Assembly: GCA_030620995.1 (NCBI GenBank)
Contig: JAUXIK010000004.1
Span: 18,447 to 82,446, forward strand
Direction of reading: 5' to 3'
DNA from: Candidatus Aegiribacteria sp.
Lineage (GTDB): Bacteria > Fermentibacterota > Fermentibacteria > Fermentibacterales > JCC-6
DNA length: 64,000 nucleotides
The notes below the pieces were generated by a model that was not told the DNA's origin, made no database searches, and saw only the letters and a list, made by a program, of their open reading frames with translations. The position numbers and the translations under genes were made by a program. Below are positions 52,388-60,648 of this stretch, piece after piece (position 1 is the first letter of the stretch; the number at the start of each line of letters is the position of its first letter).

Positions 52388-53476
52388 ATGAAGATTCAAT
52401 CATTACTTTGCAGATTCGTCACCCTGTTCCTTCTGCTGCTCTCCGCTTCCCCCGCTGAAACAGCCTTTGAACCCGTTTCGGAATCTCCCTGGCTTCAGGG
52501 CGGAATAGCCTCCAGTCTCTTCCCGACAACACCGCTGGTCATAATAGTTAACCCGGCCTGTCTCGGGCTTCTTGAAGGACACGGAGTCGCGGCTTCAGCA
52601 TCACGTCCCTTTGGATTGCACAGCCTTGACCGAACGGCAATAGCAGGAGACTGGATGTTCAGGAGATTCGCGGTGGGCGCTGCTCTCTCTCTGTCAGGCG
52701 ATGGAAGCTATACCGAGGAAACCGCTGTCGCCGCTGCTGCTTTTCGAATCATGAACGGCGTCGTTCTCGGAACGGATATCTCCATCAGAAATCTCCAGAT
52801 AAGCGGTTACGGCCGGGCAACAGGTGTCTCGGCGGACATCGGCGCGGTCTGGTCTCCCACTTCCGGTGTTTACTCTACAGCTCTTTTCCGCAGTGTCATT
52901 AGAAGCGATCTCGGTGATTCCGGCGATCCGTCTTCTCCCCGATCACTTGAGCTCGGTCTCGGCGTCGTCCCGGTAGACAGAGTATCCCTGGCCGTAGGAG
53001 CCGGCAGGCAGGAAGGTCTCGATACCGAATTCAGTTTTCATACCGCTTTTTCCCCACAATCCAGTATCAGCCTCGGGGCGGGAATGATTACGAACCCCGC
53101 AAGATTCTGGGCAGCTCTGTCCATTTCGGTATCCCCGATCAATGTGGAATACGGTTACGGAGAGCATTCAACTCTTCCTGGAACCCATTCAGTTGCCCTG
53201 TGCTGGGGGAACTGCGCATCCGATCCACCCGCGCTGAATCTTTCCGACAGCGAGGAAGAATCGGAGGCTTCCGCACCTGAATTCCCCCTGAATGTCAACA
53301 CGGCAACCGAGGAGGAATTTTTATTGATTCCGGGGATAGGACCAGGCCGAGCTTCAGCTATAGCCGCCTGGATGCGGCAGAACGGACCTGTCTCCTCAAT
53401 AGAAGAGCTTGATGATATTCCCGGCGTAGGTCCTTCACTTATGGAAGTGTTCAGAGAGTTTCTGGTGGCTGAATGA
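52388..53476 (+). CDS. ComEA-like helix-hairpin-helix DNA-binding domain fused to an N-terminal G/A/S-rich beta-barrel-like domain
   Basis: Signal peptide. The C-terminal about 70 aa (LNVNTATEEEFLLIPGIGPGRASAIAAWMRQNGPVSSIEELDDIPGVGPSLMEVF) form a ComEA-type HhH pair. The N-terminal about 250 aa resemble the 293-aa barrel protein at 57906. Confidence 0.6.
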   Translation: MKIQSLLCRFVTLFLLLLSASPAETAFEPVSESPWLQGGIASSLFPTTPLVIIVNPACLGLLEGHGVAASASRPFGLHSLDRTAIAGDWMFRRFAVGAALSLSGDGSYTEETAVAAAAFRIMNGVVLGTDISIRNLQISGYGRATGVSADIGAVWSPTSGVYSTALFRSVIRSDLGDSGDPSSPRSLELGLGVVPVDRVSLAVGAGRQEGLDTEFSFHTAFSPQSSISLGAGMITNPARFWAALSISVSPINVEYGYGEHSTLPGTHSVALCWGNCASDPPALNLSDSEEESEASAPEFPLNVNTATEEEFLLIPGIGPGRASAIAAWMRQNGPVSSIEELDDIPGVGPSLMEVFREFLVAE

Positions 53477-54975
53477 AAATACCTCCTGTACTTATTCTGC
53501 TCCTGTTTCTGTCCAGTATGGTTTCCGCTATCGAAGGAGATGTAAGGGTTCGGCTTCAACGAAGATTCCCGGCGTGCCGCGGTACTATCGAGAATTACTA
53601 CGCTGGTGACGAATTCGGTTTCTATGACAGGTTCAGGTTCCGCAGCGGCACGATGCGCTTTTCGCTTCTTCTGGACAAGGCCAGAGGCGAGGAATGGGTT
53701 GATATCATCTCCGGTGGTGTAATATGGACTCCTCCGAACGGTAACCTTCAGTCCGTCTCGGCGGGATGGCTCAAGGTCGATCTGGGAAGCGGGATGGTTA
53801 TTTCCTGCCCCGGCAGATGGTCCGACTTGAGTGAACTGGCTCTCTATAAACCTCCGGGCATCAGGAACCGTATAGAACCCGCCACATCCGCGTGGGGCTG
53901 CAGAGGAGACCCTCTGATCGGAGCCGGGGCATTAGCCCGGTTCGGAGACCTTGATGTGTCATTGCTGGCGGCTTATTCCCTATTGGACTCCATTGGTGAC
54001 GGACATCACAGAACCGCATCGGAAATCGCCGGAAAAGCCGCCATCCGGGAAACTCTCGGAGCCATCCGCGTTGGAGGGGAAGAATGGGGGGTTACACTTG
54101 CCGGAGCTATTGAGCATGACAGCGATGAACAGTACTGGGTCCGCATGGGAACCGACTGGGATCTTGATTTCAACACTTTCCGATTCACCGGAGAAACAGC
54201 CGCAGGAGTAGATTCCGGAGGAGTATCAGCAGCGTTCTGGGCAGCTCCCACACAGAATTTCGGTAACTTCAGGCACATGCTCATGCTGCTGCGGAACCCG
54301 TCGGATTTCCCGGATGCCAGAACATCACCCCCGATAGGCCGCGAATGTGATATCGGCTTCTGTTACGGGTTCAGGTGGAATGTTTTCTCAAGAACCGTTC
54401 TGAAAGCAGGCGCTGGAACATATTTCAATAACGATGAGCATCTGCTTCGCGGTTCGACCGAGATTCAATACAGATTCCCCTGGAACATGGAAGCGACAAT
54501 GGGCGGTCGAACACGAACAGAAACTGCTGAATCAGGGTGGAGAGTCTGGACAGGCAATAGCTGGCAGCCTCTCGAAAAATTCAATATCAGGACAAAACTC
54601 TCGTTCACCGGATGGAGTTCCGACGAGGATTCCACTGAAAACGGAACCGGCATTGAACTCAGGATCAGATACTTTCCTGTCAGCCTGTTATCAGTCGGTC
54701 TCGGCGGAGCCGCTTTTTCCACTGATGGATATAACTCCAGGGTGTACGCGGCAGAGGCCTTCTTCCCCGGTGAGTTCGGCTCCACTGCGCTATGGGACAG
54801 GGGCTTCATGTTCCATATGAGCATTTCCGCTGAAATCAGTGAAGATCTCTTCCTCAGAGCAAGGTTCCTGAGAAAGATCATTGAGGACGCGGCTGTTCTT
54901 GGCTCCGGCTGGGAAGAAACCGAAGGCGACTCCAGAACCGAATTTGGTTTTCAGCTTGACTGCTCGCTTCAGTAG
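53473..54975 (+). CDS. Secreted beta-rich protein (possible outer-membrane barrel), co-transcribed with the ComEA-domain gene
   Basis: Signal peptide, a 4-nt overlap with the upstream gene (ATGA), and amphipathic beta patterns. Confidence 0.4.
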   Translation: MKIPPVLILLLFLSSMVSAIEGDVRVRLQRRFPACRGTIENYYAGDEFGFYDRFRFRSGTMRFSLLLDKARGEEWVDIISGGVIWTPPNGNLQSVSAGWLKVDLGSGMVISCPGRWSDLSELALYKPPGIRNRIEPATSAWGCRGDPLIGAGALARFGDLDVSLLAAYSLLDSIGDGHHRTASEIAGKAAIRETLGAIRVGGEEWGVTLAGAIEHDSDEQYWVRMGTDWDLDFNTFRFTGETAAGVDSGGVSAAFWAAPTQNFGNFRHMLMLLRNPSDFPDARTSPPIGRECDIGFCYGFRWNVFSRTVLKAGAGTYFNNDEHLLRGSTEIQYRFPWNMEATMGGRTRTETAESGWRVWTGNSWQPLEKFNIRTKLSFTGWSSDEDSTENGTGIELRIRYFPVSLLSVGLGGAAFSTDGYNSRVYAAEAFFPGEFGSTALWDRGFMFHMSISAEISEDLFLRARFLRKIIEDAAVLGSGWEETEGDSRTEFGFQLDCSLQ

Positions 54976-55013
54976 TTCGCATATTTCAGCAACATTCTGA
55001 GAGGTGATAAACT

Positions 55014-55493
55014 TTGAGACCGTCCTGGGACGAATACTTTCTGAAACTCGCCATGCTTGCTTCCGAACGTGCCACATGTCCGAGAATGCACTGCGGCTGT
55101 GTGCTGGTGAAAGACAGGTATGTGCTTTCAACAGGGTACAACGGTTCTCTCCCCGGACTGGAGCACTGCGAGGATGTGGGATGTCTCATTGTCGATAACC
55201 ACTGCGTCAGAACAAATCATGCCGAGATGAACGCGATTGCCCAGGCTGCGAGGCACGGCGTTCCACTGAACGGCGCCACCGCTTACATAACGAACATGCC
55301 ATGCACCACCTGCGCGAAAGCCCTGCTCGCTGCCGGTATTTCACGTGTTGTTATCTTCTCCGACTACCACGGATCGCTTGCCGAGAAGTTCCTCGACGAA
55401 TCAGATGTTCCGATTGACCGGCTGCCGATGCCCGAACTGGAAATTAACTACGATCTCGAAGGATACTCCTCCGCGAAAAAGTTCGAAAGCTGA
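55014..55493 (+). CDS. comEB: dCMP deaminase (ComEB-type cytidine/deoxycytidylate deaminase)
   Basis: HAEMNAI and PCTTCA zinc-binding motifs; 159 aa. Confidence 0.85.
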   Translation: MRPSWDEYFLKLAMLASERATCPRMHCGCVLVKDRYVLSTGYNGSLPGLEHCEDVGCLIVDNHCVRTNHAEMNAIAQAARHGVPLNGATAYITNMPCTTCAKALLAAGISRVVIFSDYHGSLAEKFLDESDVPIDRLPMPELEINYDLEGYSSAKKFES

Positions 55494-55754
55494 CCGTTCG
55501 GATTCGGTCGTCTCCGGACTGTCTTGGACCAGTTACAGTTATCACTGGATACTGTTGCGCCAGACAATCAATATAAGGCTGAATATCTCTAATAATCATG
55601 ATGTTCTCCTGTAAGTTTCAAAGTTGTACTTTGAATGTGTATACAATTGCTTGCATTCTTCGTTGTCAATTGCTGGAAATCCGTTATTGATTTCTTAAAA
55701 GTCAATTCTCTGTATACATGTTTGCCTATTTTCGTAACTGTACTGAAATGCAAT

Positions 55755-55960
55755 TTTCTTACAGTATAGAATAAGATATTCAGAAATTTGGATTATCTTA
55801 CAGTATGGAATAAGTTTGCACCCAGAATAATCGAAGCATTAACCGAATCTTGTATTGTATCAGCCAATCCCTGATTCTTGTTGACATGACATTTCTTACA
55901 GTATAGAATAAGATATTCAAAAGGTGGTGATATTCTTGCATTATAGAAGAAGTTTGTATC
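55755..55960. repeat. Tandem duplication (about 138 bp) of the promoter and 5' end of the DUF4143 ATPase gene; 27-bp repeat copies at 55755, 55794, 55893 and 55933
   Basis: R1 and R3 are identical (TTCTTACAGTATAGAATAAGATATTCA), and R2 and R4 are related. A sigma70-like TTGACA (55881-55886), then 15-16 nt, then TATAGAAT lies in the downstream unit. Confidence 0.55.
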
Positions 55961-57129
55961 TCGACAGAATCAGACCATTTATCGGATCTCCTGTTGTGAA
56001 AGTCATAACAGGTATGCGCCGGGTTGGGAAAAGCGTCTTCCTGGGTCAGGTTGTCGATCTGGTGCGATTGATCTCTCCGGGAACGAAAATTCTGTCAGTC
56101 AATATGGAACTGATGGAAAATTGGCAATACCGGGATGGCATTCTTCTTCACGGAATGATTACTGATCAGGGAACCGATATGGCTTTGTTCCTTGATGAGG
56201 TACAGGACATTAGAGGTTGGGAGGAGATCGTCTCTTCTCTTCTCGCCAGAGGCGGAGTTGATCTCTACATTACAGGATCAAATGCACAGATGCTTTCATC
56301 GGAGCTGGCAACGAAAATTGCGGGAAGATATGTGGAATTCCAGATATATCCGCTTGGTCTCTCGGAGTTCATTAAATTCCGTGGGGATGAAGCCGTCTCA
56401 CTGGAAGAGGAATTCCGTTTATACCTTAGATTTGGCGGGATGCCGGCTCTTCATTCGATGGAGCTTTCATGGGAAGTTGCATACCAGTACCTTCAATCTG
56501 TCAGAGATACCGTTCTCCTGAACGATGTAATCACTCGAAACAGCATCAGAAATATTCCGCTTCTCGAATCAGTATTTACCTTTCTTGCTGACAACATAGG
56601 TTCTCTTTTCTCTGCAAAACGTATTGCAGATTATCTTGGATCGCTGGGCAGGAGTACATCAGTTAACACTGTCATCGACTTCATTCATTATCTGTCTGAT
56701 GCCTTCGCTTTTCATTACGTAAGAAGATATGATCTCAGGGGTAAGAAACAGCTTGAATACACCGGCAAAGCGTTTTTAAATGACCTTGCCTTCCGGCATG
56801 CACTTTTCGGTTACAGGGAAGGTGATATTTCCGGTTTCCTCGAGAATATCATCTACATGGAACTGAGGCGAAGAGGTTATTCCATTTTCATTGGCTGGCT
56901 GGACGGAAAAGAGATTGACTTCATAGCCCACAGGGGAGATGAGACTATTTACATTCAGGTTGCGTATCTTCTTGCATCTGAGGAGACGATCGAAAGGGAA
57001 TTTCTCCCCCTCATGAACACTCAGGATAATTGCCCCAAGATGGTGCTTTCCATGGACAGAGACTTTCCATCAAGGAAAGGCATCCCTCAGATATATATAC
57101 CGGAGTTCCTCACAGGCGCTCAATCCTGA
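55924..57129 (+). CDS. AAA+ ATPase of the AAA_14 + DUF4143 family
   Basis: Walker A-like GMRRVGKS, Walker B LFLDEVQ, and a C-terminal DUF4143-like region; GTG start after AAAGG. Confidence 0.7.
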   Translation: MVIFLHYRRSLYLDRIRPFIGSPVVKVITGMRRVGKSVFLGQVVDLVRLISPGTKILSVNMELMENWQYRDGILLHGMITDQGTDMALFLDEVQDIRGWEEIVSSLLARGGVDLYITGSNAQMLSSELATKIAGRYVEFQIYPLGLSEFIKFRGDEAVSLEEEFRLYLRFGGMPALHSMELSWEVAYQYLQSVRDTVLLNDVITRNSIRNIPLLESVFTFLADNIGSLFSAKRIADYLGSLGRSTSVNTVIDFIHYLSDAFAFHYVRRYDLRGKKQLEYTGKAFLNDLAFRHALFGYREGDISGFLENIIYMELRRRGYSIFIGWLDGKEIDFIAHRGDETIYIQVAYLLASEETIEREFLPLMNTQDNCPKMVLSMDRDFPSRKGIPQIYIPEFLTGAQS

Positions 57130-57152
57130 ACCCGCAAGGTGAGATTTGCGGG

Positions 57153-57560
57153 TTATAGTTCAAATAGAATTTTCAGCGAACGGTTTATTCTCTGTACTTC
57201 GTCAGGTGACAGTTTCCCGCGGATTCTGATCATTCTGTGACTATGATCGATTGGACGCGTCTGCAGGCAGTCCGCTATGGATTTCTTCGAAAGGCCATTA
57301 TCAGGTGAAGGAAGAATTTCAACATTAGTCATTATCCGTGCTTTTTTTGCGCTCCATTCAGTAACTGGAACAACCTGAATAACCGGAACTCTTTCATTGT
57401 AAACATCATTCGTTACAATTACACACGGTCTGATTTTCCCCATCTCCGGACATTTATCCGGGAACCGCAAATGTAGTGACAAGCTGTTTTCTGAACCAAG
57501 AGTCGGATCAAGATTTACATCAATCACCATACCTCTTTTCAACACAGTCATTCCGGCCAT
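57153..57560 (-). CDS. Type II toxin, PemK/MazF-family endoribonuclease
   Basis: KRGMVIDVNLDPTLGSE...IRPCVIVT matches the MazF/PemK fold; overlaps the upstream small gene by 13 nt. Confidence 0.7.
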   Translation of the reverse strand: MAGMTVLKRGMVIDVNLDPTLGSENSLSLHLRFPDKCPEMGKIRPCVIVTNDVYNERVPVIQVVPVTEWSAKKARIMTNVEILPSPDNGLSKKSIADCLQTRPIDHSHRMIRIRGKLSPDEVQRINRSLKILFEL

Positions 57561-57781
57561 CCGGCTACTGTTGATTCAGTCAATTCTTTCAGATCATCAT
57601 CCAGTGAATAAATTTCAGAATACAGATCAGCTGATCTTCTCAGGCTTTCAAGTTCCATAGCTTTCTTTAACAGGTTAATAGCCTCTCTGACTACAGAGCT
57701 TTTATCCTTGAATCCATACACTTCGAATTCACTAAGGAATTGAGCCTGTGCTTCTTCAATACTGAATTTTGCCTGCAACAT
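57548..57781 (-). CDS. Cognate antitoxin (77 aa)
   Basis: Small ORF overlapping the toxin start; a helical, acidic C-terminus. Confidence 0.5.
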   Translation of the reverse strand: MLQAKFSIEEAQAQFLSEFEVYGFKDKSSVVREAINLLKKAMELESLRRSADLYSEIYSLDDDLKELTESTVAGWPE

Positions 57782-57905
57782 ACAGAAACCTTTCTGTCCC
57801 TACTTCTAGCCCCCAATTTACGACCCTATAATAAGTACTATGATATTCAAAGTCAATATGAACCCGGAATAACCCGCCTGCATGTGCAGTTTTACGTTCT
57901 ATCGA

Positions 57906-58787
57906 TTAAAAAGAAACAGATAGACCGGCCAGAACAGGCCAGCTCAGCTCGTCCCTCTGAGATATGGCGGCTTCGATTGTATATGAACCACCCGACTCAT
58001 AGGTATACCGCAGGCCCGCGAAGAACCCGCTTATCTCATCCTCACCGGGTGAATATTGATAACCCGCCGAACATCCATACTCAGAGTAATTAATGCTCAT
58101 TCCGCATCCAAATGCGTCGGAAGTTGAGAATCCTATCTTCCCGCCGGCAAAACCGGTCATAATCGATGATATGCGATAGCTCGCTCCTGCGGATATTTCG
58201 GTTGGCATATCCTTACGAATGCCCTGCCATGAAGGAGCCTGCCCGACACCTGTAATAACGATACCGGCAAGAAGCCCACCGTCAGGTTTAAAAGCCAGCC
58301 CCGCATTAGCGTTAATACCGGTTCCTCCCTCAGCCGCCACATTCTCCCATGACAGACCTGCTGAAACACCCGCATCAATCCAACCCGCAAGCGGGAAGGA
58401 CACTCCGGCCATTGCGCAGCCTGTTGAATAGGAATACTCGCCGGTAACAGCACCGGACTCATCTCTTCCGATGAGCCCTCCTCTGCCCAGATAAACAAGA
58501 CCGGTTCCGACTTCAATGTCAGATCCGGCAGAGAAAGCACCTGCGATTGATACGGCTGTAGTTTCCAGGTTCCATCGGCCTCCTGCCGCGCTGAACCCGG
58601 TTTTGCAAAGAGCCGGATTCGACAGCATGGATCCCGGACCTGTACTGATCGCACAGCCGGCGGGTCCGAGCATCATCGTCGATGGAAATCCTGGAGATGA
58701 CAGAACCAGAAGATCAGCTGTCCCCGTTTCGCCTGCGATAGCAAGAGAAGCCGCTATCAGCGGGATACAGCAAAGTATTCGGTACAT
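57906..58787 (-). CDS. Gly/Ala/Ser-rich outer-membrane beta-barrel-like protein
   Basis: Signal peptide, an NPA motif near the N-terminus, alternating beta patterns and a C-terminal aromatic residue (SVSF). Confidence 0.4.
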   Translation of the reverse strand: MYRILCCIPLIAASLAIAGETGTADLLVLSSPGFPSTMMLGPAGCAISTGPGSMLSNPALCKTGFSAAGGRWNLETTAVSIAGAFSAGSDIEVGTGLVYLGRGGLIGRDESGAVTGEYSYSTGCAMAGVSFPLAGWIDAGVSAGLSWENVAAEGGTGINANAGLAFKPDGGLLAGIVITGVGQAPSWQGIRKDMPTEISAGASYRISSIMTGFAGGKIGFSTSDAFGCGMSINYSEYGCSAGYQYSPGEDEISGFFAGLRYTYESGGSYTIEAAISQRDELSWPVLAGLSVSF

Positions 58788-59917
58788 GTCTCACCTCCCG
58801 AAGTTCTGAAGACAACAGCGTAAAGACCCGGAGAGGCCATTCCGTCAACGGTCGAAAGATTCCAGGTATAAGAACCGGACTCAGCATTTACATCAAGGAT
58901 CTTCTCTCCATTAAGATTGAAAACCATTATCGATGAGGACTGCCCATCAGTTGCGTCCCACGCGAAAGTAACCACTGAGGTGGCGGGGCTTGGATACACG
59001 GCGAATTCATCAATGGAAGCAGGACCTCCTCCACCCGTGGGCGGCATGGAGTCGTAATAAACTCCCTGTCCATCCGAGGATATATAGAACGTACCGTCAA
59101 GATCGGTTCTGTAGATGGTTATATCTCTGTCGTTCAATCTGTTAATAACTTCCGCGTGAGGATGACCGTAAGGATTTCCAGCACCGACGCAGATGGCGGC
59201 AATCGAAGGATTGATCTCAACCAGCCATTGCGTGCAGGTGGATGTATATGATCCGTGATGCCCCACCTTCAGCACATCTGCTGATATTTCATCAATTTCT
59301 CCTGTTGAGAGCGCTCCAAGAACAACGTCCTCTCCGCCGTCCGTCTCGAGATCACCGGTAAAAATGAATGAAACTTCATCGTATGTAAGCCGGATAACAA
59401 TGGAAGAGTTGTTTATGTTGGATGGAGACAGGGGATCGACAGGATGAATCACCTCAACCGTCAGTTCAGGCCCCCAGTTCAGAATATCTCCTCTCCGGGG
59501 AGTTACGAATTCAGAACCGTTGTTCATAATTGCCTCAAGATAGGTTTCGTATGTCCAGGTGCCTCCATAGGGCCAGCCCGAATCGTATGCTGTCACTACC
59601 GGAAGTGTGTTATAGACGGATATCAATCCGCCGACATGATCGGCATGGAGGTGAGTGCCTACAACTCCTTCCAGGTATGTAACCCCAAGGCTGTCCAGAA
59701 GAGGAAGTACTCTGTCTTCTCCGCAGTCCCACACAGGAGGATAGGTGCTCATATCACCCCCGTCTATCACATAATGCCTGCCGCCGGGTGTGCAGACAAT
59801 CATGGCGTCGCCGGAATAATCTTCGAATGTGGTGTCTATGAAAAATACTACAAGAGGGTCAGCCGCGAAAACGCAGTGAACCAGAAGAATAATCAACAGA
59901 ACAAAAACTGTTTTCAA
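58757..59917 (-). CDS. Secreted MBL-fold metallo-hydrolase (ComEC/Rec2-type beta-lactamase-like domain) with a T9SS C-terminal sorting domain
   Basis: HLHADHVGG, a later GHHGS motif, and a T9SS C-terminal domain (FAVYPSPATSVVTF...GLYAVVF). Confidence 0.65.
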   Translation of the reverse strand: MKTVFVLLIILLVHCVFAADPLVVFFIDTTFEDYSGDAMIVCTPGGRHYVIDGGDMSTYPPVWDCGEDRVLPLLDSLGVTYLEGVVGTHLHADHVGGLISVYNTLPVVTAYDSGWPYGGTWTYETYLEAIMNNGSEFVTPRRGDILNWGPELTVEVIHPVDPLSPSNINNSSIVIRLTYDEVSFIFTGDLETDGGEDVVLGALSTGEIDEISADVLKVGHHGSYTSTCTQWLVEINPSIAAICVGAGNPYGHPHAEVINRLNDRDITIYRTDLDGTFYISSDGQGVYYDSMPPTGGGGPASIDEFAVYPSPATSVVTFAWDATDGQSSSIMVFNLNGEKILDVNAESGSYTWNLSTVDGMASPGLYAVVFRTSGGETCTEYFAVSR

Positions 59918-59932
59918 GCGGACTATTTCAGC

Positions 59933-60538
59933 CTACTGAACGAAGGCTTTTATGAATGCCCAGCTGTTCTGCACGAAAGAATTCTCAAAAACACTGTTCA
60001 GTGAGCCTGGTGTGCCGAAATCACCATTCCCGAAAGTCATCGTGGATTTACCCCATGTTGAAGATGTGCTGGAGATCCATCCCGGGTTGATTCGCTCGCA
60101 GGAGTAACCCGCTGTTACAGGCCAGCTGCCGGTGTAGATTATTTCGTCAATAATTTCCCTTGAAGAGCTGCGCAGTGTCAGCCTGCCCGTATCGTTGATT
60201 GTGAAATCGCTGTATACATAGTCCGGAACAAGACCGCCGTTCATGGATTCATCTCCGCATGAGCAAAGGACGTAGTAACTATCCGGCGGCAGCAGATAAG
60301 TGGACATCGTTACTTCCTGCCCGAGAGCGTTTGACAGAGTCCATCCGGAAAGGTTGACCCAGTCTCCCGATCTGTTGTACAGTTCAACCCATTCGCCGTC
60401 TGTTTCCGTATAGGAAGCGAGGGGATGTGCCATGAATTCATTAATAACAACGACACCGCTGGACAGTGTTCCTCCGCCACTGCTACCGGGCACAAACGGT
60501 GTAATCTGAGCAATCAACAGAATAGAAAGCAATATCAT
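59933..60538 (-). CDS. Lamin-tail-domain (LTD) secreted protein
   Basis: VVINEFMAHP...EWVELYN matches the LTD signature. Confidence 0.6.
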   Translation of the reverse strand: MILLSILLIAQITPFVPGSSGGGTLSSGVVVINEFMAHPLASYTETDGEWVELYNRSGDWVNLSGWTLSNALGQEVTMSTYLLPPDSYYVLCSCGDESMNGGLVPDYVYSDFTINDTGRLTLRSSSREIIDEIIYTGSWPVTAGYSCERINPGWISSTSSTWGKSTMTFGNGDFGTPGSLNSVFENSFVQNSWAFIKAFVQ

Positions 60539-60648
60539 AGGCTACCTCCTTTGAAGCACGCCATTCCACGGCACGCTTCATCATATTTCATAGGAGTTTG
60601 AAACCCTTTTGTCAACTCGTACATCCCGGCCGTTATAATCAAGAAATA

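Noticed and set aside
55755-55960. Possible CRISPR array (repeated 27-bp units)
   Set aside because: There are only four copies, spaced irregularly (39/99/40), and they form two degenerate pairs. The pattern fits a tandem duplication of a promoter region, not a CRISPR repeat-spacer array.
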